Part shown: positions 38,055 through 50,800 of the stretch, one piece after another
How positions within the stretch are numbered: the stretch's first letter is position 1
How the letters are laid out: each line of letters opens with the position of its first letter
NCBI GenBank assembly: GCA_965203295.1
Contig: CBDBCZ010000017.1
Coordinates: forward strand, 576,001 to 640,000
Direction of reading: 5' to 3'
DNA from: Nitrospirales bacterium
GTDB taxonomy: Bacteria > Nitrospirota > Nitrospiria > Nitrospirales > UBA8639
DNA length: 64,000 nt
Made by a program: the position numbers and the translations under genes
Notes under the pieces: generated by a model
Database searches by the model: none
Told to the model about the DNA's origin: nothing
What the model saw: the letters and a program-made list of their open reading frames with translations, nothing else

Positions 38055-38897
38055 GTCGAGTTCGGAATTACCAAAAACGTCACAAAGTGAATTAGCATAA
38101 TTAATTTTTCCAACAGGGCGTGCGAATGGTCACGTGATAGCCATGCAGTCATAATAGTCTCGTGCCCAGCCCCACCCTTCTAAGGGCTGGTCACGAGACT
38201 AGAGACCGTTCATGGACTATGGGCTACTGTTGATTCACTTCCCTGGACTAGGTTTTGATTTATGCTTTTTTGGTGGTCTGATGCGGCCTCATTGTTATGT
38301 TTATTGTTAGTTGGGCGCTAAGCCCTACCTTATTCAGAGACTGATCATGAATTATCTGTGTGTGTTGCTGCAATATTATTCAGGGTTCCACTGAAGTGCA
38401 TACAGTACACACTAATAACACATGACTCCATCACTGCTTGTTGGAGTGATTGAAGTGCACTGTACAATTACTGAACTGATACAGTCGGGCTGGTGTAAGC
38501 ACTATTGATAACCCACTCACGTCTGACAAATACTATGCAGTTACTGTGATTGTTTCCATGCCCAAGAGGCATTAAATTATTGACCAATGGAATTACTATT
38601 ACATACTTGCATGCTTATTGTCCAATAGTATTATAGCTATTACAGATTTACACACTTTTACATACATGTTCAAGAAAACATCATTTGAATACAAGAAAAC
38701 ACAAAAACAAGATAATTATATTGCACACTTTTCTATGTAATTTTAATAAAGTACGATGACAACTATATAATTACAATGTTAAAACTATAAATATTATAGG
38801 TTGCTAACAACCGTTCATATGTTGTATACATGAAATTACAGTGGTAAACTTCATTAATAAACATCAGCTCATGCATAAGTTTTCTGCTATAGCTAGT

Positions 38898-41800
38898 TCA
38901 TGTGTAAGTTCTCTGCAGCTCGGGGTAGAGATCCGCACCGGCCTCCAGAGGAGCCCCCAGCCCTGCAGCCTGGGGGTGGACTGCTGTGTCCTCCGCTGAC
39001 CAGCGCAGCAGATCAGTCTCGGGCTCTGAGAGTGCCTCTAGCACCTCCGTGAAGGACGGACGGGAGGATGTGTCTGGATGCCTGGGAGAGATATACCAGC
39101 TATATCATGTTGACTTCTTACTACTAGACATATACACAGCGAGTGGTACCCATTATATATTCTGGACACCTTCGGGACTTAGCTAGAGTATATTAAGTGT
39201 TGTGTTTAGAGGGTTTTCCTCGTTTTAGCGGTAAATTTATGCTAAGTGTTTATGACTTACAAAATGTCCTTATTAATACTATACATGTGTAGCAGTCCAG
39301 GTAGTAAAACAAATATTATTCCTTTGTGTTTTTCGATTGCATCACCATGTTGAAAATCCAATATCTCCAAAAAGTCAAATGCACTGTGTAAACCAGCAAC
39401 TATCAATACATTTCCACGGCATTTTCGAGTCCCGTCCTTAACGGAAGTTCAGAGATATATATCGTGATGATGTAATCAAAATACACGATGAAATAATACT
39501 CGTTTTTTAACTGGGACTGCCACATTGTAGAGGTGTTTGATTGTAGATTTAAAGACATACCAACAGTGGATCATTATTTGGTAGACTTTCCTTGGACAAC
39601 CGGGAGGTGGAGGTAGGCGAAATCCAGAGTCCACTAGCTGTATAGCCTATTATCAAGAAAAAAGTACCTCAAAAGTATGCTGAAGTATATACCCAAACTG
39701 TACCATGGTGCTGAAAATGTATTAAAAGATAAGCCATAGCTAACATGGAGTGTATACAGCTTCCATCTACAGTCTGGTCCATGAGCATAGCATTTACTTT
39801 AATTGTTCAGGCTGCACTACTGGGGCATTTCACATCACATTACAATGATTACAGTATACAATCTGGCCCCTGAGTATACAAATCAATATCCAGTAAAGTG
39901 TTGTTTGTCTCTACTAAGAATTCAGACAGAAGGAATAATAATAATAACTAGGAATTGGTGCCATCGTGTGTTGCCGCAGCTTGACTGTCTCCAACAGTCA
40001 CAAAACAATTTCTCCACGGTATATGTACTCAGTAACCACTATCTGCAAGGTATGTAACATGCGCGTCTCACTTCTTGGTTTGAGTAAGTTTGAAATGGTT
40101 TGCATCCAACACTCCATATCTCGTACATCAGAGCCCCATAACTCCATATATCACTGGCAGTACTATACTTATTGAAGTTTAGCGCCTGAGAAATGAACCA
40201 AAATCAATTCTTTAACATGTTAAAAGACTCTCTCATATGTAAAGAACATTACCTCCGGAGCAGTCCACTTTACTGGGATTTTTCCTCCGTGAGAAATGTA
40301 GTAGTTTTTATTCTCCAGGTCCCTCGACATTCCAAAATCACTGATCTGTACGTGTTTTAAAATAAACTAACTTATTAATGGCTTAGGTCATATTTAATCG
40401 TAACTTCACCTTGCATGTTCTATCAGCTGCAACTAGAATGTTCCTAGCTGCCAGGTCTCGGTGCACAAAGGCTTTTTGCGACAAGTACTCCATCCCTGAA
40501 GCAACTTCCTGGCAGAACTGCAGCAGCATATGTGGTGTATCTGAAGGCAATAGTTCCCCGGGCCTGCCAAGGAATACCCATATACATATAACTATGACCT
40601 GAAGTCGAAAGTCTGTGTGGCATAGTACAGTGAATGTGATGGTCTCTTTTTGGTCGCGGATCGCATGCACTGACTGTTGAAAAACATGATATAATGAAGG
40701 ATTTCAAATACAGGACGCTGAGAGGGTCGAGCATTGTATTATTCATCTATAAGCAGAGGGAATTGCTTCAAGATTAATTGGAGTTTGCAATGTATCTTAT
40801 TATTAAGACTTACGCCGGCTGCCGTTTAATGAGGTACCTCCGTAGGTTACCATTGGACAAGAGTTCCAATACAATCATCACCTATGGAAAAATAAAGTCA
40901 CCTCAGTCAGGAGTTTATCAATAGCTAGGTAGCAGTCTGCTAAATAACTTGTTGAATAACTCACGGGCTCTCCAACTGTCACTACTCCAAGGAGCTTCAC
41001 GATGTTGGGGTGCTGAAACTGCCCGTTGATGGCAGCTTCTTGGAGGAATCTGACCTCATCACCTTGAGATACTCCAGCTTTTAACGTTTTCACAGCGATT
41101 TCAACAGCTCCTGTTTCTGTCTGCAAAATGCCTTTTGCCACACTTCCAAATTGACCAGATCCTATATCCTCAGTTATCCTTTGGTAATCAGAATGATTGG
41201 CACAAGCATTAACACTTCAGAAAGAGTGTCTGCATTAGGCAACTCATAATTCTTACTGTTCTTTAAGACCACGCACTGTTAGATTGACTTACTGTAGTCG
41301 GTTCCGGGGTATTTCTCGGTATTTATTGACAGACAACTGGTCATAAAGTTTGCTTGGATCAGAAGATGGCTTCCAGTAAGTGTCCCTCACTTCAAAGAAT
41401 GATTCTTGAGGATTTTGAACCTGAGACACATGTAGAATACAATGGTAGACACCACTGTAACAATAATGAAGAATCTGTCATAACTATTACCTCTCTTAAA
41501 GCTGCATATATATTTTCATACGGTGTTTCACTGGATGTAACTGCTCTTCGTTGTTCCTATAGTATAATATAATGTAATATTCCAACAATCATTGCTCTAT
41601 ATACAATAACTATATACCTGAGTAGGCACATAAATGCTCCAATCAAAGTGTCCCTGCAGTAGTATAAGAATTGCAGTAATATATGATTCAAAACACTTAT
41701 TTATTGTTTGTTGAGTTACATTTGCTTCCAACAAGGTTCCTTGTCCTCTTTGTATTCCTGATACACTAGACATTGTGCGATAAATATCAATTCTCTCTGG

Positions 41801-44800
41801 ATCTTCATAGATGTCTTCTAGCTTATGATGGTCAGGATCTTCATACACCGTTTCCCCTGTCTCAGTCACAGATGGATACTGCATGGACTGTGCCAGCATA
41901 CCTAGGAAAAGATTGAAAGAGTGAAGTATCTCCTGTTGATTTATTACATTTTGTCACAAAGTTTCATCTTAATATTATGTGTATAATTTATTTTATAAAT
42001 GGTGCGCATGGTTGGAGCAATTATTATAGTTTTGATGATATTATGAGCTCACCAGAATACAGAGGATTTTCTATCTCAAGGCTGCATAGTTGTATGTTTG
42101 TCCCTTCCTTGTACTTCACTGTGGAATGCAGCTTAAGTGAACCTTTTCTAGATCTTCTGATGTAGAAAATGACCGAAGTAACTATAACAGCCAAAGCTAC
42201 TACAATCAACACTCCTGCCACAAGTCCACCAATGAATCCATCCTCCGATTGCGATTGCTCCTCAGACGAAAGCATGCCTATTGGTTGGGAGAAATGGGCC
42301 CAATATGGCTAGTCAGTTTACAACTGAGGAAAAAGATAACTATCAACGCAAACTCCAATAATTGATTGTTCACGTATACACATGCAATGCAAACTATTTA
42401 AAACATTGGTGTGATTTATAAAACAATGAATAAGTGTAAGCATTATACTACAATTTTCATTTTCCTCTTCAAATTGGAAAGTAAACCAACTCAACTTACG
42501 CACCACATTGAGGGGCACTCTCACTCCACATTCCATCTGCTTGACATGTTCGCACAGCAGCTCCCACAAGGCGATAGTTGGAACCACTGCATGAGTAGTT
42601 TGCAGTTGAGCTTAAAGTGGTCTCAGTCACTGTTACCACGCCATTTTCTGGATTTTGTAGGCTGCCACAATCAATAACTGCAAAATAATAGAAAGCAAAA
42701 GTTTGGATAGATTGTGTTGCATGCCGAAGGTCTGCTTCTTTCTATTGGTAGTGGAATAAAAAAATATACCTTTACCACAGTCAGACAACTTTGTTTTTAA
42801 AATTTGGCTTTTAAATTTGAAACTATTTACCACATTCTGGGTCACTATCACTCCACATTCCATCTGCTTGACATGTTCGCACAGCAGTTCCCACAAGGCG
42901 ATAGTTGGAACCACTGCATGAGTAGCTTGCAGTTGAGCCAAAAGTGGTCTCAGTAACTGTTACCATGCCATTTTCTGGATCTTGTAGGCTGCCACAATCG
43001 ATAACTGCAAAATAATAGAAAGCAAAAGTTTGGATAGATTGTTACATGCCGAGGGTCTGCTTCTTTCTATTGGTAGTGGAATAAAAAATGTACCTTTACC
43101 ACAGTCATTGACAACTTTGTTTTTAAAATTTGGCTTTTAAATTTGAAACTATTTACCACATTCTGGGTCACTATCACTCCACATTCCATCTGCTTGACAT
43201 GTTCGCACAGCAGCTCCCACAAGGCGATAGTTGGAACCACTGCATGAGTAGCTTGCAGTTGAGCCAAAAGTGGTCTCAGTAACTGTTACCATGCCATTTT
43301 CTGGATCTTGTAGGCTGCCACAATCAATAACTGCAAAATAATAGAAAGCAAAAGTTTGGATAGATTGTGTTACATGCCGAGGGTCTGCTTCTTTCTATTA
43401 GTAGTGGAATAAAAAATGTACCTTTACCACAGTCATTGACAACTTTGTTTTTAAAATTTGGCTTTTAAATTTGAAACTATTTACCACATTCTGGGTCACT
43501 ATCACTCCACATTCCATCTGCTTGACATGTTCGCACAGCAGCTCCCACAAGGCGATAGTTGGAACCACTGCATGAGTAGTTTGCAGTCGAGCCAAAAGTG
43601 GTCTCAGTAACTGTTACCATGCCATTGGCTGGATCTTGTAGGCTGCCACAATCGATAACTGCAAAATAATAGAAAGCAAAAGTTTGGATAGATTGTGTTA
43701 CATGCCGAGGGTCTGCTTCTTTCTATTGGTAGTGGAATAAAAAAATGTATATACCTTTACCACAGTCATTGACAACTTTGTTTTTAAAATTTGGCTTTTA
43801 AATTTGAAACTATTTACCACATTCTGGGTCACTATCACTCCACATTCCATCTGCTTGACATGTTCGCACAGCAGCTCCCACAAGGCGATAGTTGGAACCA
43901 CTGCATGAGTAGCTTGCGGTTGAGCCAAGAGTGGTCTCAGTCACTGTTACCACACCATTGGCTGGATCTTGTAGGCTGCCACAATCGATAACTGTGTAAG
44001 TAATAGCAGTTTAAGAAAAGAGTGACAGTATTTCAGGGGCTTTGCACCTTTGCTACAACTTACCACATTCAGGAACACTACCACTCCACATTCCATCTGC
44101 TTGGCAAGTACGCATGGCATCACCCAATAGAATGGTTGGATTACTACAGGAGTAGCTTGCCATTGAGCCAAACGTAGTCATAGTCAGAGACACACTGCCA
44201 TTTGCAGGATTCATTAGGCTGCCACAGTCTGCAGCTGTATATACAATAAAGATGTGTATGATGATCATAGAAATTCATCGAGGTGGCTATATGAATAGAG
44301 TGATCAACACTTTTAGTTCATGCTTGCGTACACCTTCAGCATTTTATCACACATCAGTTTATGTTCATAGATTTGATTAAAACCTTGAGACTATAATTAT
44401 ACAGTACACATTATAGTACTAACCTATTACAGCTGTTATTACGGGAGCATCACCAGTACGTAGAGTGGGTAGATCATTACCATTCCCAACACAAAGAGGA
44501 TTGGCTTCCAATTCACTCTGACTTGGATTTGAAAGACTGCGATACCACACTTCAAGATTTGTAAACTGTGCTCTTTCATCCAATTCAACTCCTCCTGTGC
44601 CACTATCATCATCATCATCAATGTCACGGTGGTCAGTGTAGAACCCCACAACATCTCCAGGCTCCACTATGACCTGATCATTCTCTGGTACATCAATTAC
44701 AATGCATGAACGAACATTATGAACGTTTGCTGCAACTCCATTATTCACAAAGTTCGAACCAACTAAAGAGTAACAACCATCAGTGTCCATTGGTCTCCAC

Positions 44801-46936
44801 ACTTCGAAATAAATATCATACTGATCATCGTTCGAACGTGGATTCACACATGCTCCCCACTGTACTACACTGCCTCTACAGGTGAAGGTGTATTCTGGTA
44901 TAATGGCTTGGATTGAATTATCAAGCCTTGGGGCCCCATCTCGATCACCAAATAGAGGTGCTCTCAATAAACATTGTGAATTGTCTAAAGAAAACAAACC
45001 AATAGGCAGATAAATAATTGTTAGCACCCAGCAGATCGTAAATTATTTTCACTCTCAATAGAACCACTAGTTCATACATAATAATGTATTTGATTCTCTA
45101 GTAGGTACTATAAGGGCCAGTCGGTAGCAAATGCAACCTGGGTAATTCACTTATTGTTGATTTCTGCTTACCAACCACGGCTGTTATTACAGGAGCACCA
45201 CTAGTAGAACGTGTGTTTAGATCTCCAGTGATTCCAATGCAAAGAGAGCTGTCCTCTAAATCACTCTGAGTTGGATTTGGAAGTGTACGGTACCACACAT
45301 CAAGGTCTACATCAGTGTCCACTTCAATACCACCTCTATCGTCATTATGATCAGAGTAAAACCCCATAACATCTCCTGGCTCCACCATGATACGCTGATC
45401 CTCTGGCACATCATATACTATGCAGCCTCGCGGAACATCTGGATCTCCATCAGCAACAAAGTTGGAACCTACGATGGAGTAGCACCCATCAACTCCATTC
45501 GACCTCCACACTTGAAAGTAAATGTCATATCTTTCAGACCCTCCCCGTGGCTGGACACATGCACCCCACTGGACCACTGGACCACTGCAAGTGAAGGTGT
45601 ATGTCGGCAGAATTGCTTGAATTTTGTCTGGTAGTTCACTGTTCGGGTCTCGGTCACCAAACAGAGGTAGGCCTTGAGGGCACTGGGAATTTGCTGCATG
45701 AAACATAAAGATATTAATAGTACCCTTTTTAGTAGACCTCAACATTCACCAGGAAATGAATAATATAGGAGGGTGTCCAAATACAGCACAACCGGGACAG
45801 ATTCATAGTCTGGCCTTTCCATATTAATAATACTGATATGATAATGACATTTATATACCTACAGTAGCTCGTATAAGGAATTCTTGCTGACGGTAGCTGA
45901 TTTGATAATTGCGAGTACACATCTTTACGGTATTCACAGTAAGAAAGGATTTGGACGAGTTGTTTGTTGTTTGAGGTTTTAAAATGTTCACAGCTGAGAG
46001 CCAATTTCAAGCTGGTGTGACACTGTGTATATTGAGGGAGCTCATGAAGAACACATTAGCAATGAGCAGATTAACTCATCGCAAATGCGTTCCCACATTC
46101 TTGGTCATGTACATGTAGTGCCTCAAGAATGTGGAAAATACAGAAGTCACTCCTCTGCAATAGTGGTATTAACCAAGACAAACACACCAACTTGGCTCTA
46201 GCTTCACTGTGTTCAATCATTTCTAACTCAAACAACAACGCACTGGTCCATATAGTGGTATACCATGTTTAATAATTGGCTATAAGTTCACATGTGCACA
46301 TGATGGCAGCTATTTAGTAAGGAACACTCCATTTAGTAAGGAACACTCCATTTTTTTACTACTGCGAAGGAGCGTAACAATTCTCGGGTGCTCAAAACAT
46401 TTCCATTTCAAAGAGAAATACAAAGGAGCTGATGTTTGTGCTGGTATGCCACGGCGGTGAGCTCTGCATGCTTCAAGCAGATCTGCACCGTCAGCTATTC
46501 TGGTTTCACCCCGAATCTCAACAGAATATTACAAAAGCCATTAAATATTGTTCAAGTGGGTATCTCCTGATGAGAGTAGCTCCCACAGGAGGGAGCTGGG
46601 TCTGGGGAGTGGTGCACAACACACCACTTCCACTTTTTGAAATTCTAGATCTTCTCCCCCAAACAGTTTTTTTTTCTAGAACGAAACCCATCATCAGCTT
46701 GTTTGCAGTATCCTCCATGAGTGAGCTCTACTTCGATGATAGGTTGGTGTGTACTGCTATTAATCTTTATTATCTGAAGGGGGAGGGTCTTCCCGCGAAA
46801 ATTATATTACGCACAGCTTGTTACTAAGACTGAGCGGGCGATACAACTCACCTTTGGCCACCAGTAAAAGTAGCGCAGCTGCCAATACAGCGACCAGCAT
46901 TTCAAGCGTCTTTCTTCCCAGCAATAGGCAGGCCAT
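38898..46936 (-). CDS. Receptor gene 5: RTK with two unassigned modules, 6 sushi/CCP domains, TM and Eph-like kinase
   Basis: Signal exon 46936-46852. Module A 45693-45172, module B 44984-44424. Sushi exons 44234-44064, 43991-43818, 43658-43485, 43330-43157, 43004-42831, 42677-42504. TM exon 42277-42053. Juxtamembrane with two YEDP motifs. Kinase exons ~41180-38898 with intact catalytic motifs. Confidence 0.87.
42504..43991 (-). repeat. Tandem array of ~327-333-bp exon+intron units, each encoding one sushi domain
   Basis: Five 174-nt exons separated by near-identical introns (ctgcaaaataatagaaagcaaaagtttggatagattg...). Confidence 0.9.
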
Positions 46937-47215
46937 GACTTCGGGATTACCAGCTACTAGAGACAGAAGATCTCCCTCCCGTTCACTTGGCAGTGAATTT
47001 ATTATATTCATAGCGGAAGCGTATTAATAATTTTCCATCGGGGGGCGCGCGCGAAGGGCCACGTGATATAGCAGCTATGTGCTATCAAAAACAAACAAAG
47101 TTTGTAGCCATCCCATATGCTTGCACATTACTAGATCTATTACGTATGTGCCTACATAGCGCCATGATAGGCATTATCTGAGAGCTACACGGAATATCTG
47201 TGTCTGAAAAAATAA

Positions 47216-47592
47216 GGGGGCGTTCACAAACAGCTTTGGGTCACGCTTAACGTCAATACAACGTTAGTGAGCCAGTATTGCATGACCGCCTGGCCTGGAG
47301 ATAGAGAGACAGGAATACTGTGTGGGAAATGCAACAATTGCGAGCAAGAGAAGTGCATATCACCAAGTCACATGTATGTAATCAATGATGACGAGCTCAT
47401 TTGTCATTACTACATTAGCATTACTGCATGCAATTTTAGCTGTTTCATGTAATTATACATGCTTTATGCTTTTGTGCTTCTATGACAGTGTTTTAGTAAA
47501 ACGTCAGGTGTCGCTAAGAGAGGGGGAGTGGGGGATTGCTTTAATGTCATATTGACATTAAGCGTGACCCAAAGCTGTTTGTGAACGCCCCC
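47216..47592. mobile_element. PIF/Harbinger-like MITE with ~45-bp TIRs and a TAA TSD
   Basis: taa-gggggcgttcacaaacagctttgggtcacgcttaa ... ttaagcgtgacccaaagctgtttgtgaacgccccc-taa. Absent from the paralogous region near 55170-55190. Confidence 0.85.
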
Positions 47593-47866
47593 TAACAGTG
47601 TAAGCAGCTTCAATGATAGTCACCCATGGTTCCTGGTCACATGGATGTTAACCGTCCACTTGAATCCTTACTATAGCTACCCACTAATCTTAACTAGCTA
47701 TTAAGCCTATATTGCTATAACAACCGTTAACCGTCCACTTGAATCCTTACTATAGCTACCCACTAATCTTAACTAGCTATTAAGCCTATATTGCTATAAC
47801 AACTGTTCATTTCTTGTACATGTACATACATGAAATTGTAGTAGTAAACCATTAATAAACATCAGC

Positions 47867-50800
47867 TCATGCATAAGTTTTCTGCAGCTCGGGGTAGAGG
47901 TCCACACCAGCCTCCAGAGGAGCCCCCAGCACTGCAGCCTGGGGGTGGACTGCTGTGTCCTCCGCTGACCAGCACAGCAGATCAGTCTCGGGCTCTGAGA
48001 GGGCCTCTAGCACCTCCGTGAAGGATGGCCGGGAGGATGTGTCTGGATGCCTGGGAGAGATATACCAGCTATATCATGTTGACTTCTTACTACTAGACAT
48101 ATGCACAGCGAGTGGTGCCCATTATTCTGGACACCTTTGGGACTTCAAGTATATTAAGTCTCGTGTTTAGAGGGGTTTCCTAATTTCAGGGGTAAGTTTA
48201 TTCTAAGAGTTTGTGGCTTTACAAATGTCCTTAGTATAAACGTAGCTAGAGGTGTTTGATTGTAGGTTTAAGGACATACCAACAGTGGATCATCATCTGG
48301 TAAACTTTCCTTGGACAACCAGGAGGTGGAGGTAGGCGAAATCCAGAGTCCACTAGCTTTAGAGCCTATTATCAAGATGAAAGCATATACCTCAAAAGTG
48401 TGCAGTGGAATAATTATAATTATGAAAAACCCAAACTCTACTATGGTGCTGAAGATCTATTCAAAGCCTAACTGTTTTGATAAATTGAAGTTTAACCTGC
48501 ATGGATTCAACCAGGTTAACGAACCAACGTCCGGGCACACCTACCAGCTGCCCGCCAAAATCATGTTGGCGCATGCACATAAGTATAGGTAGCATACAGT
48601 GGCGACAGGCTGGCTAGCTCACTTGCTCTTGGTGACCCTCCCACCCACGCGAGCATTACGTTTTCTACGCCACCCATTCGGGGTGCGATACGTCCGGGTG
48701 GGGGCAGAGCCTGGTTTCGAGGCTCCACCCTGATGAGCTAATTCCCCTCAAGCTCCTCAGCATTACTCATACATTGGGCCAGCCCCTTCTAGCTAATTAA
48801 TAGATGTGCCTAGTAGTCTAAGAGTGATACATTATATCCTGGCCCATGAGCGTAGCATTTACTTTGTTCAAGCTGCACTACTGGGGCATTACAGATCACA
48901 AACATTGACTACAATAGTCTGGCCCCTGAGTATACGAATTAATATCCAGTAAGGTGTTGTTTGTCCCTACTAAGCATTCAGACAGAAGGAATAATAATAG
49001 CTGGGAATTGGTGCCATCGTGTGTTGCCGCAACTCGACTGTCTCCTACAATCATAATACAGTTCCTCCACGCTATATGTACTCACATCTTATGACCACTA
49101 CCCACAAGATATGTCACATGCGTGTCTCACTTCTTGGTTCGAGTAGATTTGGAATGGTTTGCATCCAACACTCCATATCTCATACATCAGAGCCCCATAA
49201 CTCCATACATCACTGGCAGTACTATATTTCTTGAAATTTAGTGCCTGAGAAATGAACCAAAACCAATAATTATTCTTTAACATGTTAACTCTTTGCCAGC
49301 CAAGGGCATATTTATCTGCCTTCTATAAAATAGAAAAAAGCATGTACTTTACCCGATTTTATATTAACGCCTAATATAAAAAATAAATATAATTTCACAC
49401 AGAGCTATATTGGGGGGAAAACTTTGGCTGGTATAGAGTTAATTAAAGACTCTCACATGTAAAGAAAAAATAACATTACCTCAGGGGCAGTCCATTTTAC
49501 TGGGATTTTCCCTCCTTGAGAAATGTAATAGTTTTCATTCTCGAGGTCCCTTGACATTCCAAAATCACTGATCTGTACGTGTTTTAAAATAAACTAACTT
49601 ATTAATGGCTTAGGTCATAATTAATCGTAACTTCACCTTGCATGTTCTATCAGCTGCAACTAGAATGTTCCTAGCTGCCAGGTCTCGGTGCACAAAGGCT
49701 TTTTGCGACAAGTACTCCATCCCTGAAGCAACTTCCTGACAGAACTGCAGCAGCATATGTGGAGTATCTGAAGGCAGTAGTTCCCCAGGCCTGCCAAGGA
49801 ATACCCATATAACTATGACCTGAAGTCAATAGTCTGTGCAGTATAGTATAGTGAATGTGTTAGTCTCCTGTTGGTCGCGGATTGTATGCAATGAATGTTG
49901 AAATAACGTAGGATTCAATTACAGATCACTGATAGCTGAGAATACAGGATTTAGTAATTTAGAACTTTTGGATTTTAATCAATCGATTTAATTCCAAAAC
50001 TCCTGGATTTAAATCAATCAATTTAATCGGAATTAAATCGATCGATTTAAATCTAAGACTTCCAGGATTAAGTCGATCAATTTAAATCCAAAATAAATAT
50101 TGATCGATTTAAATCCAAAACTTTGATATATAAGGGAAATGCTCCAAGAATCTGGCATGAGAGCCATGTATAGTGAGACTTACGCCGGCTGCCGTCTAAT
50201 GAGGTACCTCCGTAGGTTACCATCGGACAAGAGTTCCAATACAATCATCACCTATGGAAAAAATGCAGTCAGTTCAGTCATGAGTCTATCAATAGCTTTA
50301 TAATATTATGTAAGGTGATTATTATGGTAGCAGTCTGTTAAATAACTTGCTGAATAACTCACGGGCTCTCCAACTGTCACTACTCCAAGGAGCTTCACGA
50401 TGTTGGGGTGCTGAAACTGCCCGTTGATGGCAGCTTCTTGGAGGAATCTGACCTCATCACCTTGAGATACTCCAGCTTTCAACGTCTTCACCGCAATTTC
50501 AACAGCTCCTGTTTCCGTCTGCCAAATGCCTTTTGCCACACTTCCAAATTGACCAGATCCTATATCCTCAGTTATCCTTTGGTAATCAGAATGATTGGTA
50601 CAAACATTAACACTTCAGAAAGAGTGTCCACATTGGGAACTCCTGTTTAAGACCACACACTGTTAAATTGACTTACTGTATAAGTTTCCGGGGTATTTCT
50701 CGGTATTTATTTACAGACAACTGGTCAAAAAGTTTGTTTGGATCAGATGATGGCTTCCAGTAGATGTCACTCACTTCAAAGAATGATTCTTGAGGATTTT

